NCBI GenBank assembly: GCA_964057225.1
Contig: OZ059898.1
Span: 2,976,001-3,040,000, forward strand
Direction: 5' to 3'
Source of the DNA: Auanema rhodensis
Lineage: Eukaryota > Animalia > Nematoda
Length of the DNA: 64,000 nt
Part shown: positions 25,801 through 41,200 of the stretch, one piece after another
How the letters are laid out: each line of letters opens with the position of its first letter
Position numbering within the stretch: the stretch's first letter is position 1
Translations under genes and position numbers: made by a program
The notes under the pieces: model-generated
Database searches by the model: none
The model's input: the letters and a program-made list of their open reading frames with translations, nothing else
What the model was told of the DNA's origin: nothing

Positions 25801-27744
25801 GAATTAACTTTTTCGTTGAATAACATTGTCCATCGTCTTTGCCTTGAAAAATGGAATCTAAAAACATCTACTTTTTGCTAAATTATTTTGAAATTTTTCG
25901 AAAAAATTTTTGTCAAAATGTTTTTGGAAGCAATGTTGAGTGTACATGGAAACTCAACATACACTAATGCATCATTTTTCTAACGATCATAACTAATTTT
26001 TGTATTAAGCTTTTCTCAATGTAGTATAGTGCATTCGATGCGGATTTTTAAGCTGCGTCGATCTGTGTTATCAGATTTGCGCTAGCTTAAAAATGCACCG
26101 AGATATCAACTGATATAAGTTCACACTTATATCCTCGATTTTCACCCTGAAGAATTAACTTTTTCGTTGAATAACATTGTCTATCGTCTTTGCCTTGAAA
26201 AATGGAATCTAAAAACATCTACTTTTTGCTAAATTATTTTGAAATTTTTCGAAAAAGTTTTTGTCAAAATGTTTTTGGAAGCAATGTTGAGTGTACATGG
26301 AAACTCAACATACACTAATGCATCATTTTTCAAACGATCATAACTAATTTTTGTATTAAGCTTTTCTCAATGTAGTATAGTGCATTCGATGCGGATTTTT
26401 AAGCTGCGTCGATCTGTGTTATCAGATTTGCGCTAGCTTAAAAATGCACCGAGATATCAACTGATATAAGTTCACACTTATATCCTCGATTTTCACCCTG
26501 AAGAATTAACTTTTTCGTTGAATAACATTGTCTATTGTCTTTGCCTTGAAAAATGGAATCTAAAAACATCTACTTTTTGGTAAATTATTTTGAAATTTTT
26601 CGAAAAAATTTTTGTCAAAATGTTTTTGGAAGCAATGTTGAGTGTACATGGAAACTCAACATACACTAATGCATCATTTTTCTAACGATCATAACTAATT
26701 TTTGTATTAAGCTTTTCTCAATGTAGTATAGTGCATTCGATGCGGATTTTTAAGCTGCGTCGATCTGTGTTATCAGATTTGCGCTAGCTTAAAAATGCAC
26801 CGAGATATCAACTGATACAAGTTCACACTTATATCCTCGATTTTCACCCTGAAGAAATAATTTTTTCGTTGAATAACATTGTCCATCGTCTTTGCCTTGA
26901 AAAAAGGAATCTAAAAACATCTACTTTTTGCTAAATTATTTTGAAATTTTTCGAAAAAATTTTTGTCAAAATTTTTTGGAAGCAATGTTGAGTGTACATG
27001 GAAACTCAACATACACTAATGCATCATTTTTCAAACGATCATAACTAATTTTTGTATTAAGCTTTTCTCAATGTAGTATAGTGCATTCGATGCGGATTTT
27101 TAAGCTGCGTCGATCTGTGTTATCAGATTTGCGCTAGCTTAAAAATGCACCGAGATATCAACTGATACAAGTTCACACTTATATCCTCGATTTTCACCCT
27201 GAAGAAATAATTTTTTCGTTGAATAACATTGTCCATCGTCTTTGCCTTGAAAAAAGGAATCTAAAAACATCTACTTTTTGCTAAATTATTTTGAAATTTT
27301 TCGAAAAAATTTTTGTCAAAATTTTTTGGAAGCAATGTTGAGTGTACATGGAAACTCAACATACACTAATGCATCATTTTTCAAACGATCATAACTAATT
27401 TTTGTATTAAGCGTTTTTCAATGTAGTATAGTGCATTCGATGCGGATTTTTAAACTGCGTCGATCTGTGTTATCAGATTTGCGCTAGCTTAAAAATGCAC
27501 CGAGATATCAACTGATATAAGTTCACACTTATATCCTCGATTTTCACCCTGAAGAATTAACTTTTTCGTTGAATAACATTGTCTATCGTCTTTGCCTTGA
27601 AAAATGGAATCTAAAAACATCTACTTTTTGGTAAATTATTTTGAAATTTTTCGAAAAAATTTTTGTCAAAATGTTTTTGGAAGCAATGTTGAGTGTACAT
27701 GGAAACTCAACATACACTAATGCATCATTTTTCTAACGATCATA
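22837..27744 (+). repeat. Higher-order duplication with internal copy-number change (8-mer followed by 6-mer)
   Basis: The variant order is A B B C D D D E (22837-25640), then A B C D D E (25641-27744). Confidence 0.8.
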
Positions 27745-30700
27745 ACTAATTTTTGTATTAAGCTTTTCTCAATGTAGTATAGTGCATTCGATGCGGATTT
27801 TTAAGCTGCGTCGATCTGTGTTATCAGATTTGCGCTAGCTTAAAAATGCATCGAGATATCAACTGATACAAGTTCACACTTATATCCTCGATTTTCACCC
27901 TGAAGAATTAATTTTTTCGTTGAATAACATTGTCCATCGTCTTTGCCTTGAAAAATGGAATCTAAAAACATCTACTTTTTGCTAAATTATTTTGAAATTT
28001 TTCGAAAAAATTTTTGTCAAAATGTTTTTGGAAGCAATGTTGAGTGTACATGGAAACTCAACATACACTAATGCATCATTTTTCAAACGATCATAGCTAA
28101 TTTTTGTATTAAGCTTTTCTCAATGTAGTATAGTGCATTCGATGCGGATTTTTAAGCTGCGTCGATCTGTGTTATCAGATTTGCGCTAGCTTAAAAATGC
28201 ACCGAGATATCAACTGATATAAGTTCACACTTATATCCTCGATTTTCACCCTGAAGAATTAACTTTTTCGTTGAATAACATTGTCTATCGTCTTTGCCTT
28301 GAAAAATGGAATCTAAAAACATCTACTTTTTGCTAAATTATTTTGAAATTTTTCGAAAAAGTTTTTGTCAAAATGTTTTTGGAAGCAATGTTGAGTGTAC
28401 ATGGAAACTCAACATACACTAATGCATCATTTTTCAAACGATCATAACTAATTTTTGTATCAAGTTTTTCTCAATGTAGTATAGTGCATTCGATGCGGAT
28501 TTTTAAGCTGCGTCGATCTGTGTTATCAGATTTGCGCTAGCTTAAAAATGCACCGAGATATCAACTGATATAAGTTCACACTTATATCCTCGATTTTCAC
28601 CCTGAAGAATTAACTTTTTCGTTGAATAACATTGTCTATCGTCTTTGCCTTGAAAAATGGAATCTAAAAACATCTACTTTTTGGTAAATTATTTTGAAAT
28701 TTTTCGAAAAAATTTTTGTCAAAATGTTTTTGGAAGCAATGTTGAGTGTACATGGAAACTCAACATACACTAATGCATCATTTTTCTAACGATCATAACT
28801 AATTTTTGTATTAAGCTTTTCTCAATGTAGTATAGTGCATTCGATGCGGATTTTTAAGCTGCGTCGATCTGTGTTATCAGATTTGCGCTAGCTTAAAAAT
28901 GCACCGAGATATCAACTGATACAAGTTCACACTTATATCCTCGATTTTCACCCTGAAGAAATAATTTTTTCGTTGAATAACATTGTCCATCGTCTTTGCC
29001 TTGAAAAAAGGATTCTAAAAACATCTACTTTTTGCTATATTATTTTGAAATTTTTCGAAAAAATTTTTGTCAAAATGTTTTTGGAAGCAATGTTGAGTGT
29101 ACATGGAAACTCAACATACACTAATGCATCATTTTTCAAACGATCATAACTAATTTTTGTATCAAGCGTTTCTCAATGTAGTATAGTGCATTCGATCCGG
29201 ATTTTTAAGCTGCGTCGATCTGTGTTATCAGATTTGCGCTAGCTTAAAAATGCACCGAGATATCAACTGATATAAGTTCACACTTAAATCCTCGATTTTC
29301 ACCCTGAAGAAATAATTTTTTCGTTGAATAACATTGTCCATCGTCTTTGCCTTGAAAAAAGGATTCTAAAAACATCTACTTTTTGCTATATTATTTTGAA
29401 ATTTTTCGAAAAAATTTTTGTCAAAATGTTTTTGGAAGCAATGTTGAGTGTACATGGAAACTCAACATACACTAATGCATCATTTTTCAAACGATCATAA
29501 CTAATTTTTGTATTAAGCGTTTTTAAATGTAGTATAGTGCATTCGATGCGGATTTTTAAACTGCGTCGATCTGTGTTATCAGATTTGCGCTAGCTTAAAA
29601 ATGCACCGAGATATCAACTGATATAAGTTCACACTTATATCCTCGATTTTCACCCTGAAGAATTAACTTTTTCGTTGAATAACATTGTCTATCGTCTTTG
29701 CCTTGAAAAATGGAATCTAAAAACATCTACTTTTTGGTAAATTATTCTGAAATTTTTCGAAAAAATTTTTGTCAAAATGTTTTTGGAAGCAATGTTGAGT
29801 GTACATGGAAACTCAACATACACTAATGCATCATTTTTCTAACGATCATAACTAATTTTTGTATTAAGCTTTTCTCAATGTAGTATAGTGCATTCGATGC
29901 GGATTTTTAAGCTGCGTCGATCTGTGTTATCAGATTTGCGCTAGCTTAAAAATGCATCGAGATATCAACTGATACAAGTTCACACTTATATCCTCGATTT
30001 TCACCCTGAAGAAATAATTTTTTCGTTGAATAACATTGTCCATCGTCTTTGCCTTGAAAAAAGGATTCTAAAAACATCTACTTTTTGCTATATTATTTTG
30101 AAATTTTTCGAAAAAATTTTTGTCAAAATGTTTTTGGAAGCAATGTTGAGTGTACATGGAAACTCAACATACACTAATGCATCATTTTTCAAACGATTAT
30201 AACTAATTTTTGTATCAAGCGTTTCTCAATGTAGTATAGTGCATTCGATCCGGATTTTTAAGCTGCGTCGATCTGTGTTATCAGATTTGCGCTAGCTTAA
30301 AAATGCACCGAGATATCAACTGATATAAGTTCACACTTATATCCTCGATTTTCACCCTGAAGAATTAATTTTTTCGTTGAATAACATTGTCCATCGTCTT
30401 TGCCTTGAAAAATGGAATCTAAAAACATCTACTTTTTGCTAAATTATTTTGAAATTTTTCGAAAAAATTTTTGTCAAAATGTTTTTGGAAGCAATGTTGA
30501 GTGTACATGGAAACTCAACATACACTAATGCATCATTTTTCAAACGATCATAACTAATTTTTGTATTAAGCTTTTCTCAATGTAGTATAGTGCATTCGAT
30601 CCGGATTTTTAAGCTGCGTCAATCTGTGTTATCAGATTTGCGCTAGCTTAAAAATGCACCGAGATATCAACTGATATAAGTTCACACTTATATCCTCGAT

Positions 30701-33700
30701 TTTCACCCTGAAGAATTAACTTTTTCGTTGAATAACATTGTCTATCGTCTTTGCCTTGAAAAATGGAATCTAAAAACATCTACTTTTTGGTAAATTATTT
30801 TGAAATTTTTTGAAAAAATTTTTGTCAAAATGTTTTTGGAAGCAATGTTGAGTGTACATGGAAACTCAACATACACTAATGCATCATTTTTCAAACGATC
30901 ATAACTTATTTTTGTATTAAGCTTTTCTCAATGTAGTATAGTGCATTCGATCCGGATTTTTAAGCTGCGTCGATCTGTGTTATCAGATTTGCGCTAGCTT
31001 AAAAATGCACCGAGATATCAACTGATATAAGTTCACACTTATATCCTCGATTTTCACCCTGAAGAAATAATTTTTTCGTTGAATAACATTGTCCATCGTC
31101 TTTGCCTTGAAAAAAGGAATCTAAAAACATCTACTTTTTGCTAAATTATTTTGAAATTTTTCGAAAAAATTTTTGTCAAAATTTTTTGGAAGCAATGTTG
31201 AGTGTACATGGAAACTCAACATACACTAATGCATCATTTTTCAAACGATCATAACTAATTTTTGTATTAAGCGTTTTTCAATGTAGTATAGTGCATTCGA
31301 TGCGGATTTTTAAACTGCGTCGATCTGTGTTATCAGATTTGCGCTAGCTTAAAAATGCACCGAGATATCAACTGATATAAGTTCACACTTATATCCTCGA
31401 TTTTCACCCTGAAGAATTAACTTTTTCGTTGAATAACATTGTCTATCGTCTTTGCCTTGAAAAATGGAATCTAAAAACATCTACTTTTTGGTAAATTATT
31501 TTGAAATTTTTCGAAAAAATTTTTGTCAAAATGTTTTTGGAAGCAATGTTGAGTGTACATGGAAACTCAACATACACTAATGCATCATTTTTCTAACGAT
31601 CATAACTAATTTTTGTATTTAGCTTTTCTCAATGTAGTATAGTGCATTCGATGCGGATTTTTAAGCTGCGTCGATCTGTGTTATCAGATTTGCGCTAGCT
31701 TAAAAATGCACCGAGATATCAACTGATACAAGTTCACACTTATATCCTCGATTTTCACCCTGAAGAAATAATTTTTTCGTTGAATAACATTGTCCATCGT
31801 CTTTGCCTTGAAAAAAGGATTCTAAAAACATCTACTTTTTGCTATATTATTTTGAAATTTTTCGAAAAAATTTTTGTCAAAATGTTTTTGGAAGCAATGT
31901 TGAGTGTACATGGAAACTCAACATACACTAATGCATCATTTTTCAAACGATCATAACTAATTTTTGTATCAAGCGTTTCTCAATGTAGTATAGTGCATTC
32001 GATCCGGATTTTTAAGCTGCGTCGATCTGTGTTATCAGATTTGCGCTAGCTTAAAAATGCACCGAGATATCAACTGATATAAGTTCACACTTATATCCTC
32101 GATTTTCACCCTGAAGAATTAATTTTTTCGTTGAATAACATTGTCCATCGTCTTTGCCTTGGAAAATGGAATCTAAAAACATCTACTTTTTGCTAAATTA
32201 TTTTGAAATTTTTCGAAAAAATTTTTGTCAAAATGTTTTTGGAAGCAATGTTGAGTGTACATGGAAACTCAACATACACTAATGCATCATTTTTCAAACG
32301 ATCATAACTAATTTTTGTATTAAGCTTTTCTCAATGTAGTATAGTGCATTCGATGCGGATTTTTAAGCTGCGTCGATCTGTGTTATCAGATTTGCGCTAG
32401 CTTAAAAATGCACCGAGTTATCAACTGATATATGTTCACACTTATATCCTCGATTTTCACCCTGAAGAATTAACTTTTTCGTTGAATAACATTGTCTATC
32501 GTCTTTGCCTTGAAAAATCGAATCTAAAAACATCTACTTTTCGCTAAATTAGATTGAAATTTTTCGAAAAAATTTTTGTCAAAATGTTTTTGGAAGCAAT
32601 GTTGAGTGTACATGGAAACTCAACATACACTAATGCATCATTTTTCAAACGATCATAACTAATTTTTGTATCAAGCGTTCCTCAATGTAGTATAGTGCAT
32701 TCGATGCGGATTTTTAAGCTGCGTCGATCTGTGTTATCAGATTTGCGCTAGCTTAAAAATGCACCGAGATATCAACTGATATAAGTTCACACTTATATCC
32801 TCGATTTTCACCCTGAAGAATTAATTTTTTCGTTGAATAACATTGTCCATCGTCTTTGCCTTGAAAAATTGAATCTAAAAACATCTACTTTTTGCTAAAT
32901 TATCTTGAAATTTTTCGAAAAAATTTTTGTCAAAATGTTTTTGGAAGCAATGTTGAGTGTACATGGAAACTCAACATACACTAATGCATCATTTTTCAAA
33001 CGATCATAACTAATTTTTGTATTAAGCTTTTCTCAATGTAGTATAGTGCATTCGATGCGGATTTTTAAGCTGCGTCGATCTGTGTTATCAGATTTGCGCT
33101 AGCTTAAAAATGCACCGAGATATCAACTGATATAAGTTCACACTTATATCCTCGATTTTCACCCTGAAGAATTAATTTTTTCGTTGAATAACATTGTCCA
33201 TCGTCTTTGCCTTGAAAAATGGAAACTAAAAACATCTACTTTTTGCTAAATTATTTTGAAATTTTTCGAAAAAATTTTTGTCAAAATGTTTTTGGAAGCA
33301 ATGTTGAGTGTACATGGAAACTCAACATACACTAATGCATCATTTTTCAAACGATCATAACTAATTTTTGTATTAAGCTTTTCTCAATGTAGTATAGTGC
33401 ATTCGATGCGGATTTTTAAGCTGCGTCGATCTGTGTTATCAGATTTGCGCTAGCTTAAAAATGCACCGAGATATCAACTGATATGAGTTCACACTTATAT
33501 CCTCGATTTTCACCCTGAAGAATTAATTTTTTCGTTGAATAACATCGTCCATCGTCTTTGCCTTGAAAAATGGAATCTAAAAACATCTACTTTTTGCTAA
33601 ATTATTTTGAAATTTTTCGAAAAAATTTTTGTCAAAATGTTTTTGGAAGCAATGTTGAGTGTACATGGAAACTCAACATACACTAATGCATCATTTTTCA

Positions 33701-35489
33701 AACGATTATAACTAATTTTTGTATCAGGCGTTTCTCAATGTAGTATAGTGCATTCGATGCGGATTTTTAAGCTGCGTCGATCTGTGTTATCAGATTTGCG
33801 CTAGCTTAAAAATGCACCGAGATATCAACTTTTATAAGTTCACACTTATATCCTCGATTTTCACCCTGAAGAATTAATTTTTTCGTTGAATAACATTGTC
33901 CATCGTCTTTGCCTTGAAAAAAGGAATCTAAAAACATCTACTTTTTGCTAAATTATTTTGAAATTTTTCGAAAAAATTTTTGTCAAAATGTTTTTGGAAG
34001 CAATGTTGAGTGTACATGGAAACTCAACATACACTAATGCATCATTTTTCAAACGATCATAACTAATTTTTGTATTAAGCTTTTCTCAATGTAGTATAGT
34101 GCATTCGATGCGGATTTTTAAGCTGCGTCGATCTGTGTTATCAGATTTGCGCTAGCTTAAAAATGCACCGAGATATCAACTGATATGAGTTCACACTTAT
34201 ATCCTCGATTTTCACCCTGAAGAATTAATTTTTTCGTTGAATAACATCGTCCATCGTCTTTGCCTTGAAAAATGGAATCTAAAAACATCTACTTTTTGCT
34301 AAATTATTTTGAAATTTTTCGAAAAAATTTTTGTCAAAATGTTTTTGGAAGCAATGTTGAGTGTACATGGAAACTCAACATACACTAATGCATCATTTTT
34401 CAAACGATTATAACTAATTTTTGTATCAGGCGTTTCTCAATGTAGTATAGTGCATTCGATGCGGATTTTTAAGCTGCGTCGATCTGTGTTATCAGATTTG
34501 CGCTAGCTTAAAAATGCACCGAGATATCAACTGATATAAGTTCACACTTATATCCTCGATTTTCACCCTGAAGAATTAATTTTTTCGTTGAATAACATTG
34601 TCCATCGTCTTTGCCTTGAAAAATGGAAACTAAAAACATCTACTTTTTGCTAAATTATTTTGAAATTTTTCGAAAAAATTTTTGTCAAAATGTTTTTGGA
34701 AGCAATGTTGAGTGTACATGGAAACTCAACATACACTAATGCATCATTTTTCAAACGATCATAACTAATTTTTGTATTAAGCTTTTCTCAATGTAGTATA
34801 GTGCATTCGATGCGGATTTTTAAGCTGCGTCGATCTGTGTTATCAGATTTGCGCTAGCTTAAAAATGCACCGAGATATCAACTGATATGAGTTCACACTT
34901 ATATCCTCGATTTTCACCCTGAAGAATTAATTTTTTCGTTGAATAACATCGTCCATCGTCTTTGCCTTGAAAAATGGAATCTAAAAACATCTACTTTTTG
35001 CTAAATTATTTTGAAATTTTTCGAAAAAATTTTTGTCAAAATGTTTTTGGAAGCAATGTTGAGTGTACATGGAAACTCAACATACACTAATGCATCATTT
35101 TTCAAACGATTATAACTAATTTTTGTATCAGGCGTTTCTCAATGTAGTATAGTGCATTCGATGCGGATTTTTAAGCTGCGTCGATCTGTGTTATCAGATT
35201 TGCGCTAGCTTAAAAATGCACCGAGATATCAACTTTTATAAGTTCACACTTATATCCTCGATTTTCACCCTGAAGAATTAATTTTTTCGTTGAATAACAT
35301 TGTCCATCGTCTTTGCCTTGAAAAAAGGAATCTAAAAACATCTACTTTTTGCTAAATTATTTTGAAATTTTTCGAAAAAATTTTTGTCAAAATGTTTTTG
35401 GAAGCAATGTTGAGTGTACATGGAAACTCAACATACACTAATGCATCATTTTTCAAACGATCATAACTAATTTTTGTATTAAGCGTTTT

Positions 35490-38295
35490 TCAATGTAGTA
35501 TAGTGCATTCGATGCGGATTTTTAAGCTGCGTCGATCTGTGTTATCAGATTTGCGCTAGCTTAAAAATGCACCGAGATATCAACTGATATAAATTCACAC
35601 TTATATCTTCGATTTTCACCCTGAAGAATTAACTTTTTCGTTGAATAACATTGTCTATCGTCTTTGCCTTGAAAAATGGAATCTAAAAACATCTACTTTT
35701 TGGTAAATTATTTTGAAATTTTTCGAAAAAATTTTTGTCAAAATGTTTTTGGAAGCAATGTTGAGTGTACATGGAAACTCAACATACACTAATGCATCAT
35801 TTTTCTAACGATCATAACTAATTTTTGTATTAAGCTTTTCTCAATGTAGTATAGTGCATTCGATGCGGATTTTTAAGCTGCGTCGATCTGTGTTATCAGA
35901 TTTGCGCTAGCTTAAAAATGCACCGAGATATCAACTGATACAAGTTCACACTTATATCCTCGATTTTCACCCTGAAGAAATAATTTTTTCGTTGAATAAC
36001 ATTGTCCATCGTCTTTGCCTTGAAAAAAGGATTCTAAAAACATCTACTTTTTGCTATATTATTTTGAAATTTTTCGAAAAAATTTTTGTCAAAATGTTTT
36101 TGGAAGCAATGTTGAGTGTACATGGAAACTCAACATACACTAATGCATCATTTTTCAAACGATCATAACTAATTTTTGTATCAAGCGTTTCTCAATGTAG
36201 TATAGTGCATTCGATCCGGATTTTTAAGCTGCGTCGAGCTGTGTTATCAGATTTGCGCTAGCTTAAAAATGCACCGAGATATCAACTGATATAAGTTCAC
36301 ACTTATATCCTCGATTTTCACCCTGAAGAAATAATTTTTTCGTTGAATAACATTGTCCATCGTCTTTGCCTTGAAAAAAGGAATCTAAAAACATCTACTT
36401 TTTGCTAAATTATTTTGAAATTTTTCGAAAAAATTTTTGTCAAAATTTTTTGGAAGCAATGTTGAGTGTACATGGAAACTCAACATACACTAATGCATCA
36501 TTTTTCAAACGATCATAACTAATTTTTGTATTAAGCGTTTTTCAATGTAGTATAGTGCATTCGATGCGGATTTTTAAGCTGCGTCGATCTGTGTTATCAG
36601 ATTTGCGCTAGCTTAAAAATGCACCGAGATATCAACTGATATAAGTTCACACTTATATCCTCGATTTTCACCCTGAAGAATTAACTTTTTCGTTGAATAA
36701 CATTGTCTATCGTCTTTGCCTTGAAAAATGGAATCTAAAAACATCTACTTTTTGGTAAATTATTTTGAAATTTTTCGAAAAAAGTTTTGTCAAAATGTTT
36801 TTGGAAGCAATGTTGAGTGTACATGGAAACTCAACATACACTAATGCATCATTTTTCTAACGATCATAACTAATTTTTGTATTAAGCTTTTCTCAATGTA
36901 GTATAGTGCATTCGATGCGGATTTTTAAGCTGCGTCGATCTGTGTTATCAGATTTGCGCTAGCTTAAAAATGCACCGAGATATCAACTGATATAAATTCA
37001 CACTTATATCTTCGATTTTCACCCTGAAGAATTAACTTTTTCGTTGAATAACATTGTCTATCGTCTTTGCCTTGAAAAATGGAATCTAAAAACATCTACT
37101 TTTTGGTAAATTATTTTGAAATTTTTCGAAAAAATTTTTGTCAAAATGTTTTTGGAAGCAATGTTGAGTGTACATGGAAACTCAACATACACTAATGCAT
37201 CATTTTTCTAACGATCATAACTAATTTTTGTATTAAGCTTTTCTCAATGTAGTATAGTGCATTCGATGCGGATTTTTAAGCTGCGTCGATCTGTGTTATC
37301 AGATTTGCGCTAGCTTAAAAATGCACCGAGATATCAACTGATACAAGTTCACACTTATATCCTCGATTTTCACCCTGAAGAAATAATTTTTTCGTTGAAT
37401 AACATTGTCCATCGTCTTTGCCTTGAAAAAAGGATTCTAAAAACATCTACTTTTTGCTATATTATTTTGAAATTTTTCGAAAAAATTTTTGTCAAAATGT
37501 TTTTGGAAGCAATGTTGAGTGTACATGGAAACTCAACATACACTAATGCATCATTTTTCAAACGATCATAACTAATTTTTGTATCAAGCGTTTCTCAATG
37601 TAGTATAGTGCATTCGATCCGGATTTTTAAGCTGCGTCGAGCTGTGTTATCAGATTTGCGCTAGCTTAAAAATGCACCGAGATATCAACAGATATAAGTT
37701 CACACTTATATCCTCGATTTTCACCCTGAAGAAATAATTTTTTCGTTGAATAACATTGTCCATCGTCTTTGCCTTGAAAAAAGGAATCTAAAAACATCTA
37801 CTTTTTGCTAAATTATTTTGAAATTTTTCGAAAAAATTTTTGTCAAAATTTTTTGGAAGCAATGTTGAGTGTACATGGAAACTCAACATACACTAATGCA
37901 TCATTTTTCAAACGATCATAACTAATTTTTGTATTAAGCGTTTTTCAATGTAGTATAGTGCATTCGATGCGGATTTTTAAGCTGCGTCGATCTGTGTTAT
38001 CAGATTTGCGCTAGCTTAAAAATGCACCGAGATATCAACTGATATAAGTTCACACTTATATCCTCGATTTTCACCCTGAAGAATTAACTTTTTCGTTGAA
38101 TAACATTGTCTATCGTCTTTGCCTTGAAAAATGGAATCTAAAAACATCTACTTTTTGGTAAATTATTTTGAAATTTTTCGAAAAAAGTTTTGTCAAAATG
38201 TTTTTGGAAGCAATGTTGAGTGTACATGGAAACTCAACATACACTAATGCATCATTTTTCTAACGATCATAACTAATTTTTGTATTAAGCTTTTC
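35490..38295 (+). repeat. Tandem duplication of a 4-monomer unit (1403 bp)
   Basis: Rare SNPs pair at offset 1403: AAATTCAC (35591/36994), GTCGAGCT (36238/37641), AAAGTTTT (36784/38187). Confidence 0.9.
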
Positions 38296-41200
38296 TCAAT
38301 GTAGTATAGTGCATTCGATGCGGATTTTTAAGCTGCGTCGATCTGTGTTATCAGATTTGCGCTAGCTTAAAAATGCACCGAGATATCAACTGATATAAGT
38401 TCACACTTATATCCTCGATTTTCATCCTGAAGAATTGATTTTTTCGTTGAATAACATTGTCCATCGTCTTTGCCTTGAAAAATCGAATCTAAAAACATCT
38501 ACTTTTCGCTAAATTAGATTGAAATTTTTCGAAAAAATTTTTGTCAAAATGTTTTTGGAAGCAATGTTGAGTGTACATGGAAACTCAACATACACTAATG
38601 CATCATTTTTCAAACGATCATAACTAATTTTTGTATCAGGCGTTTCTCAATGTAGTATAGTGCATTCGATGCGGATTTTTAAGCTGCGTCGATCTGTGTT
38701 ATCAGATTTGCGCTAGCTTAAAAATGCACCGAGATATCAACTTTTATAAGTTCACACTTATATCCTCGATTTTCACCCTGAAGAATTAATTTTTTCGTTG
38801 AATAACATTGTCCATCGTCTTTGCCTTGAAAAAAGGAATCTAAAAACATCTACTTTTTGCTAAATTATTTTGAAATTTTTCGAAAAAATTTTTGTCAAAA
38901 TTTTTTGGAAGCAATGTTGAGTGTACATGGAAACTCAACATACACTAATGCATCATTTTTCAAACGATCATAACTAATTTTTGTATTAAGCGTTTTTCAA
39001 TGTAGTATAGTGCATTCGATGCGGATTTTTAAGCTGCGTCGATCTGTGTTATCAGATTTGCGCTAGCTTAAAAATGCACCGAGATATCAACTGATATAAG
39101 TTCACACTTATATCTTCGATTTTCACCCTGAAGAATTAACTTTTTCGTTGAATAACATTGTCTATCGTCTTTGCCTTGAAAAATGGAATCTAAAAACATC
39201 TACTTTTTGGTAAATTATTTTGAAATTTTTCGAAAAAATTTTTGTCAAAATGTTTTTGGAAGCAATGTTGAGTGTACATGGAAACTCAACATACACTAAT
39301 GCATCATTTTTCTAACGATCATAACTAATTTTTGTATTAAGCTTTTCTCAATGTAGTATAGTGCATTCGATGCGGATTTTTAAGCTGCGTCGATCTGTGT
39401 TATCAGATTTGCGCTAGCTTAAAAATGCACCGAGATATCAACTGATATAAGTTCACACTTATATCTTCGATTTTCACCCTGAAGAATTAACTTTTTCGTT
39501 GAATAACATTGTCTATCGTCTTTGCCTTGAAAAATGGAATCTAAAAACATCTACTTTTTGGTAAATTATTTTGAAATTTTTCGAAAAAATTTTTGTCAAA
39601 ATGTTTTTGGAAGCAATGTTGAGTGTACATGGAAACTCAACATACACTAATGCATCATTTTTCTAACGATCATAACTAATTTTTGTATTAAGCTTTTCTC
39701 AATGTAGTATAGTGCATTCGATGCGGATTTTTAAGCTGCGTCGATCTGTGTTATCAGATTTGCGCTAGCTTAAAAATGCACCGAGATATCAACTGATACA
39801 AGTTCACACTTATATCCTCGATTTTCACCCTGAAGAAATAATTTTTTCGTTGAATAACATTGTCCATCGTCTTTGCCTTGAAAAAAGGATTCTAAAAACA
39901 TCTACTTTTTGCTATATTATTTTGAAATTTTTCGAAAAAATTTTTGTCAAAATGTTTTTGGAAGCAATGTTGAGTGTACATGGAAACTCAACATACACTA
40001 ATGCATCATTTTTCAAACGATCATAACTAATTTTTGTATCAAGCGTTTCTCAATGTAGTATAGTGCACTCGATCCGGATTTTTAAGCTGCGTCGATCTGT
40101 GTTATCAGATTTGCGCTAGCTTAAAAATGCACCGAGATATCAACTGATATAAGTTCACACTTATATCCTCGATTTTCACCCTGAAGAAATAATTTTTTCG
40201 TTGAATAACATTGTCCATCGTCTTTGCCTTGAAAAAAGGAATCTAAAAACATCTACTTTTTGCTAAATTATTTCGAAATTTTTCGAAAAAATTTTTGTCA
40301 AAATTTTTTGGAAGCAATGTTGAGTGTACATGGAAACTCAACATACACTAATGCATCATTTTTCAAACGATCATAACTAATTTTTGTATTAAGCGTTTTT
40401 CAATGTAGTATAGTGCATTCGATGCGGATTTTTAAGCTGCGTCGATCTGTGTTATCAGATTTGCGCTAGCTTAAAAATGCACCGAGATATCAACTGATAT
40501 AAGTTCACACTTATATCCTCGATTTTCACCCTGAAGAATTAACTTTTTCGTTGAATAACATTGTCTATCGTCCTTGCCTTGAAAAATGGAATCTAAAAAC
40601 ATCTACTTTTTGGTAAATTATTTTGAAATTTTTCGAAAAAATTTTTGTCAAAATGTTTTTGGAAGCAATGTTGAGTGTACATGGAAACTCAACATACACT
40701 AATGCATCATTTTTCTAACGATCATAACTAATTTTTGTATTAAGCGTTTTTCAATGTAGTATAGTGCATTCGATGCGGATTTTTAAGCTGCGTCGATCTG
40801 TGTTATCAGATTTGCGCTAGCTTAAAAATGCACCGAGATATCAACTGATATAAGTTCACACTTATATCCTCGATTTTCACCCTGAAGAAATAATTTTTTC
40901 GTTGAATAACATTGTCCATCGTCTTTGCCTTGAAAAAAGGAATCTAAAAACATCTACTTTTTGCTAAATTATTTTGAAATTTTTCGAAAAAATTTTTGTC
41001 AAAATTTTTTGGAAGCAATGTTGAGTGTACATGGAAACTCAACATACACTAATGCATCATTTTTCAAACGATCATAACTAATTTTTGTATTGAGCGTTTT
41101 TCAATGTAGTATAGTGCATTCGATGCGGATTTTTAAGCTGCGTCGATCTGTGTTATCAGATTTGCGCTAGCTTAAAAATGCACCGAGATATCAACTGATA

